Shown here in pieces: positions 20,480 to 35,200 of a stretch of DNA of 64,000 nucleotides. Every line of letters begins with the position of its first letter. The stretch's first letter is position 1. The notes under the pieces are model-generated. The model was not told the DNA's origin. It saw only the letters and a program-made list of their open reading frames with translations, and made no database searches. A program made the position numbers and the translations under genes. This stretch comes from Eledone cirrhosa (lineage: Eukaryota), in the NCBI GenBank assembly GCA_964016885.1, contig OZ024743.1, positions 278,132,001 through 278,196,000 of the forward strand, read 5' to 3'.

Positions 20480-23050
20480 GGAGACATATCCGGGTGTAGG
20501 AGGTTTATCCTGGATTTCTTGATGAAATTTGTCCAAAGCCGTCTTGAACTTTATAGGGTCTGTTTCATTTTAATGTGTTTTGGTGTATTGTTAAATAGAG
20601 CGGGGGCAATTGAGGTGAAATAATTGTGCCGTATTGTTGTTATGAGATACGTGTGTGATTTTTATTGTGGGCGGATAGCATGGGGCCCAAGCCTTGGGTG
20701 TGCATTAAAGGTGACATAAAAATCCTTTTGGCAATGCTGATGGGATATCTTCCACATCATGTAGTGCTCACGGCAACGTTGGAGAGAATGAAGTTTGAGC
20801 TTTTTTAGTCGACCACAATAGTTAAGGCCTATCATGCCATCTATCTTTTTTGTAATTGACCTTTGAGGTGTTTCAACATTCATGATACTTTGTTTCGTGA
20901 GGGAAGACCTTAGGGGACAACAGTATTCAAGGTGCGATCGGGAAAAATTAGAGAAGAGAAGGAAAATGGTGTGGATATCTTTCTACTGGAAAGTACTGAG
21001 AATCCAGGAACACATTCTGTGGGCCATGTCAACTTTGCTGTTTATGTTGTTGTCCACAATTACTCCCAAGTCTCTGATGTTGTTGGATACCACGAGAGTT
21101 TCACCCGAAGGAACGGAGTATGGCAGTTTCAGTGGATTAATTAAAATGTATCCTTGTTCAGCAGCATATTGTTCTTTTCCGCCCATTGGATAACAACTAG
21201 TAAGTCTAACTGAAGGCATATCCAGTCACACACGTTATTGATGATCTTCTGGAGCTTGGAATGATCTGCAAAATTCCATATGTTGCTGTGCTTGATGATG
21301 TCAGCAATGTCATAAATTTAGATGATGAAAAGGAGTGGGCCCAACACACTGCCTTGCGGAACGCCACTACTGACATTGCCTGAGCTTGATTTAATCATTC
21401 GATTGCAGCATGTTGGGCTCTGTCTGTCAAGAAACACTTGATCCATTGCAGTAACTTTCCAGAAACACCAATGTTGGATAGCTTTTTCAATAGAATCTTA
21501 TGATCAATCCTGTCAAAGGCCTTGCTGAAATCAAGGTAGATGATATCAGTGTTGGAGCCATCTTCCAAAGCTCTCAAAATGTCATCAAAGGGATGCAGGA
21601 GCTGCGTTAGGCATTCCCTTCCATTACGGAACCTATGCTGGTTGGAGTTCAGCAGTCTGTTGCTTTCAAGAAAGTGGGTTATTCGTGATCTCGCCACACT
21701 CTCAAGTACCTTGATGATATGAGACGTGAATGAGATCGGACGGTAGGTCACTGCAAGGGACTTGTTTCCCTTTTTTGAGAACCGTGACAACAGACTGGGA
21801 CAGAAAGGTTTCAGGACAGAAAGGTTTCAGGAATGTAACCAGTATCCCTTGAGTTCCTCCACAGATTAGCAAGAGGAGATGCAAGTTGGTGTCGACACTC
21901 CTTCAGGACACAAGCAGGGAACCTATCGGGGCCTACTGTTGAATTGTGTTTAATTTCGTTTATTGCCGCTAAGAAATCAGGGGCGCCAAACGTTATGTCC
22001 GATATAGAGTGTTGGGGATTAAGATCACTGATACAGCCCAAGTCGGCCATATCAGGATTGCTGAAAACAGAGCAGTATTGTTTCTGCAGTATCTCACCTA
22101 TGGTTTTGGCATTATCTTGGAGAGTGCCATTTTCATCAATTACAGGGTCCTGCTTTGAGTGATTCTGCACTTAGTTTTGTTCACAGGTCTTGGTGGAGTG
22201 TTTTGTACAAATGTTTGTGACTGTCTACAAAGATCTGTCAAGATGTTTCTATGATGGTGGAAATGTGTGCGTGTGTAAAAGACCACTCAACATGTGATAG
22301 CTCGTTAATGATAGCATTCCAGTTGGCATTGTAGAGATCTATGTTATCAAATGGGTGGGCTGGAGAGAGGTCACGAGGATTAGCTTTTGGCTGGTGGAAT
22401 CTCAATTTACAGAGAACCATGTCATGGTCTGAAAGAAGGGATTTTCCAATGTAATATTATGTATAGTGTTAGTGTGGTTACTAAACACTAGATCCAAAAT
22501 GTTCATCTGATATCTTGTTGGTGCAAGGACAAGTTTGGACAAGAAAAACTCATTCATAAAGCTGAGAAGAGACTCTACTGCTTCTTTGTCGGCGGTTGAG
22601 GTGGAAGTGCCTAGTTTCAAGCTGTTTGTAGACTAATCAACACAGGGTAAATTAAATTCTCCCATCATAAGTATGTTACCAGAATGGTACTGTTGGATAA
22701 AGTACTTGATGTTGTTGAGGCATTCTTTAAAGAGCAGTATGGGTGTTTGGGGTGGCCTATAGAGCCCGATTACTGTCAGATGATTCACAGAAGCCATTGG
22801 AGAATGTTATATTTCCATCTGCCGCAAAGGAAATATGCAGGTAAATGGCAGTTCCACCCATCCTTCTGTTGACATGATCCGTGCGAAGGGTTGTGAAATT
22901 TCTCACTTTCAAGTCCGCTTCCAAGTGGGAGTTATCAATGTGGGTCTCAGTAAGAATGAAGAAAGGCGTGTGGTGTGGATAGTTGAAAACGCCAATCCTC
23001 AATGAGTTGGACCTTCCATTTGTGTACATTGATGGAAGGGCTGACACCTG
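20480..23050 (-). pseudogene. LINE ORF2 (APE endonuclease + RT), frameshifted and internally deleted
   Basis: ILTETH..RTD..RRMGGTAIY, PTR..NILDL, GPDRFP..VLK, YRPISFTSHIIKVLE, YLDFSKAFDRIDH, SGVPQGSVLGPLLF, FADH (D to H), RDLGVIVD. Confidence 0.9.
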
Positions 23051-23229
23051 TGCAATAAGGAGAAATGTGTAGGCTAGCGTAGTGGTTGCTTTTGGCTGTT
23101 GCAGGGGGATTGTTTTGTCCTTGTGTGTTAGTGACAGCAATGTGGGGAGTTGGTGCACTGAGGTAATAGTATAGTATGTTGTTGAGTGATGGCTAGAAGT
23201 TATTTTTGTATCTCTTTTGCCAGGTTCAA

Positions 23230-24170
23230 CATGGCTAAAAAATACTTTTCCTGCTTAGGGAACAGTTTTTAACTGGAAGTGTGGTTGCACTATTGGATAG
23301 GGTTGTAGTTTCCGCTTTTGTTGTTGTTGTTTTTGTGTCTTCGTGAAAAGACTGGGTCAGCATTACTGCAGCAGGGGGTGCTTTTTACTGTGGTTTGTGT
23401 GTTAGCTTGGAACACCGTTTCGGTTAGTGCATCGAACCCCTGGAAGATGAGTGAAGGGACAGTCATGCAGCAGACGTAGTCTCTCGCGTTGGGAATGCCG
23501 GCAGATTTGGGGATTCCAATTTATGAGTGTTTTAGCGTTCAGTTTACTATTTGGTGGTGTTGATATTAATGTTAATGTTATTGTGGGATGCGGGCTTTGG
23601 CCTTGGCTAGTAGTGTTTGTATGGATTGTGCGTCTAGTGCCAGGTAGAGGTGTGAAGATGTAGTCACTACGTGTGCAGAGCCTCTGACGTAATGAATAAC
23701 GGCATATTTTGGGGTTTCTTGTTTGTGTCATGGCGAGGGCATTTTGCTTCATAGATTTTTTAAGGTCATTCAGTTAATCAGCTATTATGCTGGAATTTAA
23801 GAGTGGCTCTTCCTGTTGTAGTTGTTGCTGTGGCTATTCTTGATTTACTGGCTGTTGCTGTTGTTCTTCTGGTTGTCATTGTTGTTGATGTTGTTATTGT
23901 TGTTATTGTTGTTATTGTTGTTGTTGTTGTGCTTGACCAATATTTGAAGAGTAAATATATCGAAGTTTTTCAAAATGGCTCTGAATTAGTTTGAAAGAGA
24001 CTTCGATGTTTTAGTTTGTTGCGTATTTGCTTAACAGACGGCGGATTGAGTATTTGTGCTGTTTTTTCGGCAATCTCATTCAGACGCGAAGCGTTTATGC
24101 TTTCTGTTTGGGAGAGAGAAAACCATGTGCTTATTAACAGGTCAATTTCATTATCAACCAATTTCGTTTT
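23230..24170 (-). pseudogene. LINE ORF1 remnant with two CCCH-like repeats
   Basis: KICRYSLRQRLCTRSDYIFTPLPG and QICRHSQRERLRLLHDCPFTHLPG upstream of ORF2 on the same strand. Confidence 0.6.
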
Positions 24171-24323
24171 GTTTGTTGTAAGCCTGCTGGTTACTCGTTA
24201 TGTTTCTGTTCATTTTGTGTGTCATTTTTTTGTTTATAGATATATGTATATATTCTTTCTAATGTGGGTGAGTGTTTGGTTATCTGGAGATATTGAAGAA
24301 GTATATATATATATATATATTCC

Positions 24324-24393
<70 letters not shown>

Positions 24394-24412
24394 CATATGT
24401 ATACGTATGTAT

Positions 24413-24531
<119 letters not shown>

Positions 24532-24560
24532 CATATGTATACGTATATATACATATATAT

Positions 24561-25925
24561 ATAACGAAGGAAATGTGGTAAGGAACCAGATGGATCATAA
24601 CGCACCAAAGTACACAATACTTAGGGTAGTAGAGTGGGTAATAGGAACAAGTATGACCCCGACGGAGCTTACTGTCCAGAGCTAACTCTTACACTGGAGG
24701 ACGCCGTCCGTGTAACTTATGCTCGGAGGAAACATTACAAATGCTGTTTTCGAAGGACCAACTCCTAAACAAGAAAGACGAACTGGTAACTGCATGCAAA
24801 CACAGATTGCGTAGGACTTACCTCGCCCTCAAACCCCATAATGACCCGGGGGTGGGGGGTAGACAAAGGCTGAAACACACCACTTGCCGATTTTGTAAGG
24901 GGTAAGCCCTGCTTATAAAGGTAGATGTAACTTTTTTTATCTTTTCCTCTATATTTTCTTCTCCCCCCCCCCATCTCTTCCTAGTCCTTCCACCCCAGAT
25001 CTCCTTCCTTGTTTTTTTTCACCTTTTCGCCTACCCCGATACAGCCCATCGTTCCTCTGTAGACTCAGTACCCTCACCTCCCTAATTTTAAGATAGAATT
25101 GGCCGATTACGCTTTTTATAGCAGATGTGTTAGACCCCAGTAAATTGTTTTCTTTCTGGTTGCTGCTCCATTTCTGTGATTTCTTAGTGGTATTTTTGTA
25201 TTAGTATTCTTGTATTAGTATTTCTGTATTAGTATTCTGAATTAATATTTCGTATTAGTATTTTTGTAGTAGTATTTTAGTATTTTTGTTCTCGATTTAT
25301 TAACCTGTCATTGTAAGATAGCATTGGCTGATTAATAACTAACTATAGCAGTGGTGTTAGAACCCCTGTAAAGCCGGCTTTATAAAATTCTTTCACTACC
25401 ATCTCGTATTTAGTATTTTTATCCACCTATTAAACTTTTCTATAGCTTAGCAATACCAATGAGAGATTTGGTGATTGTGGAAATGGAGTAGTAACCAGAA
25501 ATTGTTTTTTATATATTTATTTCCTTGTTTCTATAATGTTTTTTTTGTTTACACCCTTTCGATTTACCTATTCTTTCAACTTACCCCCCCCCCCTCCCAT
25601 TCTCCAGTACACTTTTTTCGAACTTCTATCCTTAGAATCTGCTGTATAGATTTCACTTTCAACGCTTGACTGGGTTTCCCCCACCCCCTCTTTGTTCTAC
25701 CGGCAAGTTCAGCTACCCCTACCTCCCACCAAATGCCATGATAGGATCATCTGTCTTTACAACAAATTGTTTACCAATCCTTTTGACAATTACTATCTTC
25801 CCATATTAGGAATTACCCCCTGAGAAGTTCGGCTATTTATTTACCAGGCTAAAAATTCTTATTTAGTCCAGAATTAGCCGTCGAAACGGCTTGAGCTCTG
25901 CCGTCGGGGTCATACTTGTTCCTAT
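24561..25925 (+). mobile_element. Non-autonomous family B PLE-like element with inverted pLTR segment
   Basis: ATAGGAACAAGTATGACCCCGACGG (24641-24665) is inverted at 25901-25925; HHR near the right end; internal ~14 bp minisatellite at 25190-25290; both ends in (TA)n. Confidence 0.75.
25815..25910 (+). ncRNA. Type I hammerhead ribozyme, core one base short
   Basis: ACCCC-CTGAGAAG-TT-CGGCTA...TAGCCG-TC-GAAA-CGGC-TTGAGCTCT-GCCG-TC-GGGGT; GUC at 25903-25905. Confidence 0.72.
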
Positions 25926-28900
25926 ATATATATATATATATATATTGTATTTCTATTCATAACTGTTCTGCTGCGAACAATTCTGCCATTACATTTTCAA
26001 AACATTACTTAAATCTGATTACATTATCCGTGTGTTTGTTTAATTTATACATTGACTTGATACAATAATTTTTGTTATGTCTGACAAAATTATCATCGAA
26101 AGTTAATCGAGACAATATAGAGATAGATCTCATGGTTTCCAGTTAGAATATTAATACTTCCCTTGAGGTCAAATATAAAATGTGACGCAATCTATTTATT
26201 CAGCAGCATCAGACAATCATCTTTATACCTCGTTACGACGAATGATCCCATTCAAAATGTTATTTTTTTAATCTTTTATTCATAAACTAATTTTCTTGAA
26301 TTTCGTCCCGAAGTATTAGAATAGTGTTTAGATATTAAAATCACCATTTTAGCTTTACAGAAAAAGACAACAAAATACAAAATCTAAATTCTTATATATC
26401 CATTTTTCATTTATTTCGTTCTATATATGTTTTCGTCGCAATCTTTTCTGGCCACTGAAAGAAATCCACTGCAACTGTGGAATCATGCCAATGTCTAGGT
26501 CACAAAACTGCTTCTCTCTTAGTACATGATCTTAAATCACATCACTTGCAAAGAAACTATAACTCCAAAATATAAATTGTTTCTTATGCAGATTGTTTTA
26601 CGTTTTTTTAAGTTGTGCGACTTTTATTCCGTATGTATGTTTTAGTGGTTCTTTACACAATCAACGCTGATCAACAAACCTATATAGGTAAACACAATAG
26701 TTTCGTGTGTGTTATTTTTGTTGTTTAGCACGAGCTTAGCTCCGATTGTGAATGACATTAATCCAAATTGTTTGTAGATATGAGCATCCCATCTTTCTAT
26801 TAAGGATAGTATATATAGGACTGCAATATACAATATGCACTAATCCTTTTGAAGACAGCTGGCTGTTACTTTATGGAGATTTCTTTGCTATTTCTATCAC
26901 TTTGTTTATCTGAGCTCCAGTACAATCTTTTTTAAGCGATCAGATACAGAAATATCTCCCTCAACGTTAGAATATTTAGATATAATTATAAAAGAGTCTA
27001 CACTGTTTAAAACCGATCACATTATTTTATTGCTTTTTTTTTGTTGCAATTTCTTTTTATTTTCAGTCCTATTTTGAGAATTATTTTCTACTACTCCTTC
27101 GAGCATTAATCGAAGACAAAGTTATGTTGTTAGTAAGTTTATTGGATATTCTGGGCCACCCGGAAGATATGTATCAGATAAATTACAAACATGGACAGGA
27201 ACGTCAGATACATTATATGGAAACTAATTTAAAATTTAGTGTTAAAGTATTTATATTTTGGATAAATATTGTTATGAAAATAATACTAGTTGACTAATAT
27301 CGTGATTTTAAACTGCGCATTATTAGCATTTTATTTTTTGTGAATTAAATATGGTGAAAGTAATTTGATGACACTCAGTCATTCTCGAAACAAGTCTCTT
27401 TCCTAGGTAAATCAATACATAATCTTATAGCGTCACTTGGATAGTTTAAACACTGCTTTGGTGAGTACGGTGAAGGCTATCTTTCACTGATGATGTCATT
27501 ATGAGGTTTTAAACATTCCTCCTTAATTAAATAAAACAGTGTGAGTCGTTCACTAATGATGCTTTCCTTTTCTCGTTGAATAATTGTATCTAGTTTGTTT
27601 TTAATATTGATCCTTTCACTTATTGTAGTAAGACTAACATAAATAAGCATGTATATTTGTCTCTTTAGGTTAATGCAGTTAACATCTGTATATTCGGAAC
27701 CTTTAAATGTACGTTCATAACATTATATTTACTTGTTCAAGTAAATGAAGTTATATGGAATGTTAATTGTAATTATTCTTTGATAAATCCCTGGTAACTT
27801 TCGTATTTCAAGTGGTTAGGCGTGAACAGAGTGATCAGGTACTACCCCAATGTTTATTAAATTAAAGATTGATATACTGAATGGCGTAAGGTGAAAATTC
27901 TTAATTAACTGACATTTGTAGTTGCAAAAAGAAAATAATTATTTAATGGTACTTGTTTTTGATTCTCAAAGAAAAGGGGCGTAATCCACGATCGTAATTT
28001 CTAAAAATACGCATTCATATATTGCACAACATAGTAGCTCACCCACTCCCCAAACTCCAGTCAGGCCTTCTGCTCACCTCTCAATTTTATTATTAGCAAT
28101 TTTTTGGAATACTTTCACACATCTATCCTCAGCGATGATGACTTCCGCAAAGAAAGATTCAACTTTGCCGCCCGAATTTCGCTTAGCTTCATAATTTACA
28201 TATTTGCGTAAACCACTCCAAATATTTACTTCCCCACTCCACCAGTCTCATCCTTAAGTACAACCAGCTTCTATGATTAGCAAACGCTTCACCTTAGAGA
28301 TAGCGCCTGTTTTTACGTATCTCTATCCTTTCTTATGTATATGGATGTAGCTGTCCTTCCAGCTATGATTTGTTATGTTTGTTCTACAAGTTATATTTCG
28401 TTTCTGATCATACAAACTACCAACGTATTACCATTGCAGTGTGTGCTGGACGATATTCTATTGAATGTGTTGTTTCCCTAATGTTCGGTGAAATCTACTA
28501 AACTTCTACTATATTAATCAGTTATTCGCTTTCTTTAATAAAACTAATTCCGAAGCAGATGTTACACCCCTTCACTTTTCCTTATCCTTCCACACACATA
28601 AGCCATCCATATGCAATTAAGATTTAGACACCGTATGTCAAAACAACACTGCCATAAACAGGAACATCGAAAACATTCTATACTGACATGGCCATGTTTC
28701 ACCTAACCAATATATTGTTTAGATCAAGCAAAAATGTTGCACCCAATACAGTCTCATGCATTATCAATTTAAACCATGCAAGTTGCAACAAATTTGTGTG
28801 GAGGGTACCGCATTGCCTCATCTACGTTTGTAGGCATTAGTGAAAGCGTTTGCAGATAAATGCTTTGATCGTTCATTACAGGGCTTGCATAGACACGGTC

Positions 28901-30339
28901 CCTTCACTTACTAAATAAATGAAAATGGCTGATACACATATTAGTCTAATACACTTTCATCTACTATTTCAATTCTACACAGAATAAAAATAGGGAAAGT
29001 TTGGCTTAAGGATTTCACGAAATCGTTTCTATTTCAATTGCTGCTGAATTCATTTGGCTACCATCCTAGGGATATGAAGATATGCACATGGGAAATACAT
29101 GAATTCAGACCATCCATCTTTTCATATGCCCATAAAACTGCATTCTTCTCTTCCTTCAAGTGAAACTAATATTTTGTAGTTTGATACAGTTATAAATATT
29201 TCTATGATGTCTCTTTTCATAGTTAAATATCCTTGGGTGAAGTAAATATTGTTTGATGTGATTATGTCCCCGTCTATAATGTCAATATTTTTCTTATATT
29301 AGTAATTCGATTGTAGATCAATACTGTCTTTTATGATAATTGTCTTTTATGATGATTGTCTTCTATGACAATTGTCTTCTCTAATAATTAAACTGATTTT
29401 TATGATGTCACAGTAAGAACTATTAAGAATGAAACAATTCTTTTTGTCTGTTGTCGTAGTCATCAACGTTATAGAATCTTCTGTAGCCGAATAAGATAAC
29501 TCTTTTGTGATAGATATCTATGTGTTATGAGCTGAGATGCACTTGGAATGAACTGATATAGAAGAATGGAAGCACAGTTTAAAACCTGACTTAATCAGAA
29601 AAGGGACTGAAGCAGACATTATCCTTTCCAGAACCTCCGAGTCTGATCAAACGGGGGTTCGAATGCTTGCATCGAGTTAAACTCTATTAAAAGCATCCAA
29701 GAGTGAAGATGGTAGATTTAAACCGGGCGGCAGATTGAATCTGTAGAGAAACTGCAACCACGCATAAACATGTATATACAAAATTCCTTATAGGGTGAAA
29801 CCTGATTATTGGGATTATTCGGGACGAAACCGTTTTCAAATTATTAACTGGCTGATAATTTTAATCAGAGGATATAACAATATCTTGAGCCTGTTTGCTA
29901 CATGCTAAATTCGATATCAATAATCATTCGATGACATTATACATAGTTATATTAAGTAACTTCCATTGTGTATACAAGCCCGAACACCATCGTGTGAGCC
30001 TGTAAGAAAAATCTGACAAATTCCTCTCATAAAATAGTTACCAGCTTTAAAAATATTAGGCATAACGTAGATAATTGTTATCGATACATTGTCTGAAAAT
30101 ACGATTGGATGGCCATCGTTTGAACGCCTAGCTATAGGTGTACTCAATCAACAACAAAACCAACTTTCCCGTTTGCGCATTTATCCCATTTCGTTAATGA
30201 CCACACATTTTATTGAAATGACTGGCATATTTCTTCATTCAACAGAGGTTGATAAACGTAGGTGGAAATCGAACACAGAAAAGTTGTAAGACACTATGTA
30301 TGTTCTATGCACAAACAATTTCCCTAATCCAATTCTGTT

Positions 30340-30480
30340 ACTTTATTTTATCGTCCCGGAACAGGTGAAATGCAAGGTTGATTGCGGTGGGATTTGAACA
30401 TGGGGTGCAGAGCCACGGGACAATCACCGTAGGACACATTATCTAACGCTCTAAATAACCTAAACAACACTGCCAATCGG
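30340..30480 (-). mobile_element. Degenerate SINE (family of 1118-1310)
   Basis: ACTTTATTTTATCGTCCCGGAACAGGTGAAATGCAAGGTTGA..GGGATTTGAAC. Confidence 0.6.
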
Positions 30481-31172
30481 CCGCAATAACAAAATTATCC
30501 ACAAAAGAGGAAAATAAGTTTCAAACCATATACAAATATATACAAACAAGCACATAGTTATACGGATATACCTTTACAAACATGACAGATTTAAATATTT
30601 GAATTTCTACAATCAATGTTAGGGATTCTTTATAGACTATATAGGAAATGGCTCATGTTAGTTTAGCATCGATCTCTTTCCCCAGGGTCATTAGATACGT
30701 ACATGATCAAAGATAACTGTAGCGGGAAATCGAAATTGGGTACGTTGCACACTGCGACGTACTAAATCACTCACCACAAGCAGATAAAACCCGCTGGCTC
30801 ATACACGCACGAAGGAAAAAAGCACGTAGCTGCACTCACAGACATATATGTATATGTTCTTATTTAACTCTTTATAGATGAATATATACATTTCCGTACA
30901 TGTATACGGAAATGTATGTATGTATGCATGTATGTAAGTTCTTCTGGTTTTATAATTTCACAAATTTTTGCCAATAGAGAGAGAGTCGGTCTCTAAGATA
31001 GACACAAGAATCTCTCATCGGAATTTACACAACATCAACTAGATAGATATGTATGCATGTATGCATGCATGCATGTGTTGATATGGATGTTATTGTATGT
31101 GTGGATGTGGGTGTTTTGAGTTGTATGTGTGCATGTGTATATGCTTAGTATCTGTACATGTGCATATGCAGT

Positions 31173-31715
31173 TATTAGATGCAAAATGTTTGGAATGTTT
31201 TACATATTTTTACTGTTCCAATGGATTGTACTTGTAATTTCCTAACTAGTTGTGTTCTTTCTGTTCCTGTGAAGCCCAGCTTCTCAAGATTTGTATTGAG
31301 GCAGTTACTAACATATCCCAGAGCCCCAACAATCACAGGCATAAATCTGAAGGTGTAATCAGGGTGGAGTGTCTGCAGATTTCTCATCAGTTTTGCATAA
31401 ATATTTCCCTTTTTGCTAAACTTTGATATTATATTGGCATCTGCTGGATGGCTAACTTCCACTACTGTGCATGCCTTCTTCTCCCTGTCCCAAATCATAA
31501 TATCTGGTCTGCCTGCATTTTATTGGGGTTTTTACTGGAACATTCCACCAGTACTCTCTCATATTTTGTATACGTGTGTCTTCCATATTGTTGTAGCTTT
31601 TAATGTGTTTATTATCGGGGCTATCTTTTCTACGGATTGCATTGTACAGTGTTTTGGCCACTACATCATGCCTCATAGGTAGATAGTACCGTGATGATAT
31701 CTTTGGACAGCTGCG
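31173..31715 (-). pseudogene. 3' fragment of an RLE-type non-LTR retrotransposon (R4/Dong-like)
   Basis: CPKISSRYYLPMRHDVVAK, PDIMIWD..VVEV..P.D, K..IY, PVIVGALG: end of a CCHC motif, RHD and PD-(D/E)xK endonuclease; frameshifted. Confidence 0.85.
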
Positions 31716-32059
31716 TATGTGTGTATGTATCTAAGTATTCATGCAAGTATGCATGTGTGTGTATGTACACACATACACTCACACACACACATATCTATCT
31801 ATACATATATCGACACATTTGAATTTCAATTTCGGCCGTAAAATGGCACATCAGTCAATGTTTCTTATATCACATTCATATATTGGTTTTTAAATGACGC
31901 AATATATGAAGCTGAGGTAACGGCCATTATCCAACGACTCATACAATGGTGGACCACGAAGTTCTAATGTAACTGCGGAATGTTCACCTTTTAATGAATA
32001 AGTATATAGTATAACATTAAAGCGCATGTCTTAGTGAATAGAATGTTCCGTACACGATT

Positions 32060-32320
32060 GTAAATTCGCATGTTCGATACCAGACTTGTGTTCTGCGTCA
32101 TTCAGGTAGACATTTTATTTCACGTTCTTCCAATCCACTCAGCTGGCAAAATGAATCATATCTGTAATGCATAGATTCATACTGAACACCCTGAGAATTA
32201 CATTAAGTGTACACTTGTCCTTGGAATGCTCAGGCATCTGTACATTTATGACACGAGCGGGCTGCTTGGTAGATCAAAAGTTGGAAAGGTCTTCGTCGGA
32301 ACCGATGGATGTCCATTACT
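32060..32320 (+). mobile_element. Degenerate SINE-like repeat
   Basis: GTTCGATACC B-box-like, then ATTTCACGTTCTTCCAATCCACTCAGCTGGCAAAATGA resembling SINE central domains. Confidence 0.4.
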
Positions 32321-32603
32321 TGCACGCATGCACAGATACACTCATACACAGAAATATACCCACGCACGCATGCACACGAAAACATTTACTAGTATAGAAA
32401 TATATAGCAAGTATATGTGTATGAATTTCCTTGTTGAACTACACGAGTGTGAATATACAATAAGCCCTTAAGGCGTCATTTGACTGCAGTATTAAATTAA
32501 ACTTCTCAATTATTCTTATTTTCACTCTAAAGCTAAATGTAGAATTCTATTACAAAACGTACTAAATGCCCAGTCAAGGATCACCGTGAAATCACACTAT
32601 TAT

Positions 32604-32923
<320 letters not shown>

Positions 32924-32924
<1 letters not shown>

Positions 32925-32975
32925 GCTTTCCTGATGATTTCCTTGGAATGAAACAGTTCTAGTACTGTAGAAGCC
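32924..32975 (+). ncRNA. Canonical type I hammerhead ribozyme
   Basis: GGCTTTC-CTGATGA-TTTCC-TT-GGAAT-GAAA-CAGT-TCTAGT-ACTG-TA-GAAGCC; predicted cleavage triplet GUA 32967-32969. Confidence 0.85.
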
Positions 32976-33129
32976 ATTTCTATATTAAATATTTATACTC
33001 TGCTATGTATTGAGTACTTCACTTACTGTGGTTACTTCCGATTGAACCCGACACACTGACGCGTGCGCGCGAGCGCGCACGCACACACATTTATGTATAT
33101 ATATATATATATATATCTTTTATACTTTC

Positions 33130-33300
33130 GGAGGGTCACGCTGCCAATAGGGGCACACACACCTGTTGGCTTTCACTTCAAATTTCCAGGTAATCGTTTT
33201 AATAATCGGATGGTTGTTTTTTTATCGTCACACATTCTGTGGCTCTTTCGTCACACATTATGTGGCCTCCTCAGTGACTAATTTGTTATTTTGTGACTCT
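33130..33300 (+). repeat. Unclassified interspersed repeat (probable DNA transposon end)
   Basis: Reverse-complement similarity to 48805-48966 (AGGGTCA.GCTGCCAATA..CACCTG.TGG.TTTCACT..AAATTTCCAG). Confidence 0.55.
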
Positions 33301-33344
33301 CTTTTGTGTGCTGTGTATTTGGGTTGTTGGTGGATTATCTTCAA

Positions 33345-33747
33345 ATTGGCCACATCTCCGCTGGCATAATTAAATGTCTACGCGAGAATACCAAGAAGAA
33401 AATGCGGTGATTGCTAACGACAGGGGTCTTGTTCCATCATGACAATGCTCCTATCCACAAATCGGTGGCGGCAATTCATTCACCATACTCGACAGACCTC
33501 GCACACTCCAACATCGCCCTGTTCCTAAACATGAAAGATGCTCTAGCCAGACAACCCTACACCAAGATATGGTCACGTTATAGATGATCTGAACACCGAC
33601 CTGGAGGACCACACTAAGGTGTTCTACTTCAGCGAGATTCAGCCCCTTAAGTACCAGTGGTAGGTATGTATGTTGGAAAATAAAACAAGGAAATATTTGA
33701 ATATGCTACCGTTTCTTGGAGGCTGAAAACTTTTTAGTTGCCCCTCG
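33345..33747 (+). mobile_element. Mariner transposon relic (3' part with right TIR)
   Basis: Translates GVLFHHDNAPIHKS and PYSTDLAHS (HDNARPH / YSPDLAP motifs); ends ...AAAACTTTTTAGTTGCCCCTCG|TA. Confidence 0.85.
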
Positions 33748-33933
33748 TATATAAATAATTATTTAATGTTCCGATATACGGAATGTTACTACATTTTTTT
33801 CCGCATTTTTAACTGTGCATATGTGTGCATATATATACTATATGAACACGAACACACACATACATGCATATAATACACAGACACATATACACATTCATAC
33901 ATACTCTCTCTCACACACACACACATATATATA

Positions 33934-33995
<62 letters not shown>

Positions 33996-34459
33996 TATAT
34001 ACGTCTATAATTATTGATGAATATTCACACTATATATAGATATAGATATCGATATGTATGTGTTTGTAGGTTAAGTGTTCAGACACAAAGTCTCTTAGAA
34101 GTAATAGATAGCAGAGGAGAAAAAAAATACATATATCGATATCAAAGCTAAATTTGATTATATAAATTTGAATATTACATAGTTAAGATATTGTCAACTG
34201 AATAAAATAAAAAGTAAACAAAAGCCAAATAAGAAAAGAAAAGCAATACAGCTGATGATTTCAAAGAGAATCACTATATAATATTATATAAATGTTTTCA
34301 TGGAAAGATTTAATGTTCGTTTAATACTATTCATCATGTAATATCTAATGGCTTTCTCTTTTTTAATATATATATATTTCAAACTCCCACTTATATATGC
34401 GAACTCATATATATATATACAAGCATAGAAATATTCAGAATTGCTCAATATGTATGTAT

Positions 34460-35200
<741 letters not shown>

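Larger units (their letters stand above)
20348..24300 (-). mobile_element. CR1-group LINE, near full-length but decayed
   Basis: ORF1 remnants, then APE endonuclease and RT remnants; 3' end with short ATCAAAG repeats next to a microsatellite. Confidence 0.88.

Noticed and set aside
25190-25290. Short regularly spaced repeats as a CRISPR-like array
   Set aside because: Contiguous ~14 bp minisatellite with no unique spacers, in a eukaryotic context
29600-30300. Possible minus-strand exons after acceptor-like TTTCTCTACAG (~29741) and TTTTCTTACAG (~30000)
   Set aside because: Frames are short, with no recognisable protein and no consistent exon chain; would need RNA-seq
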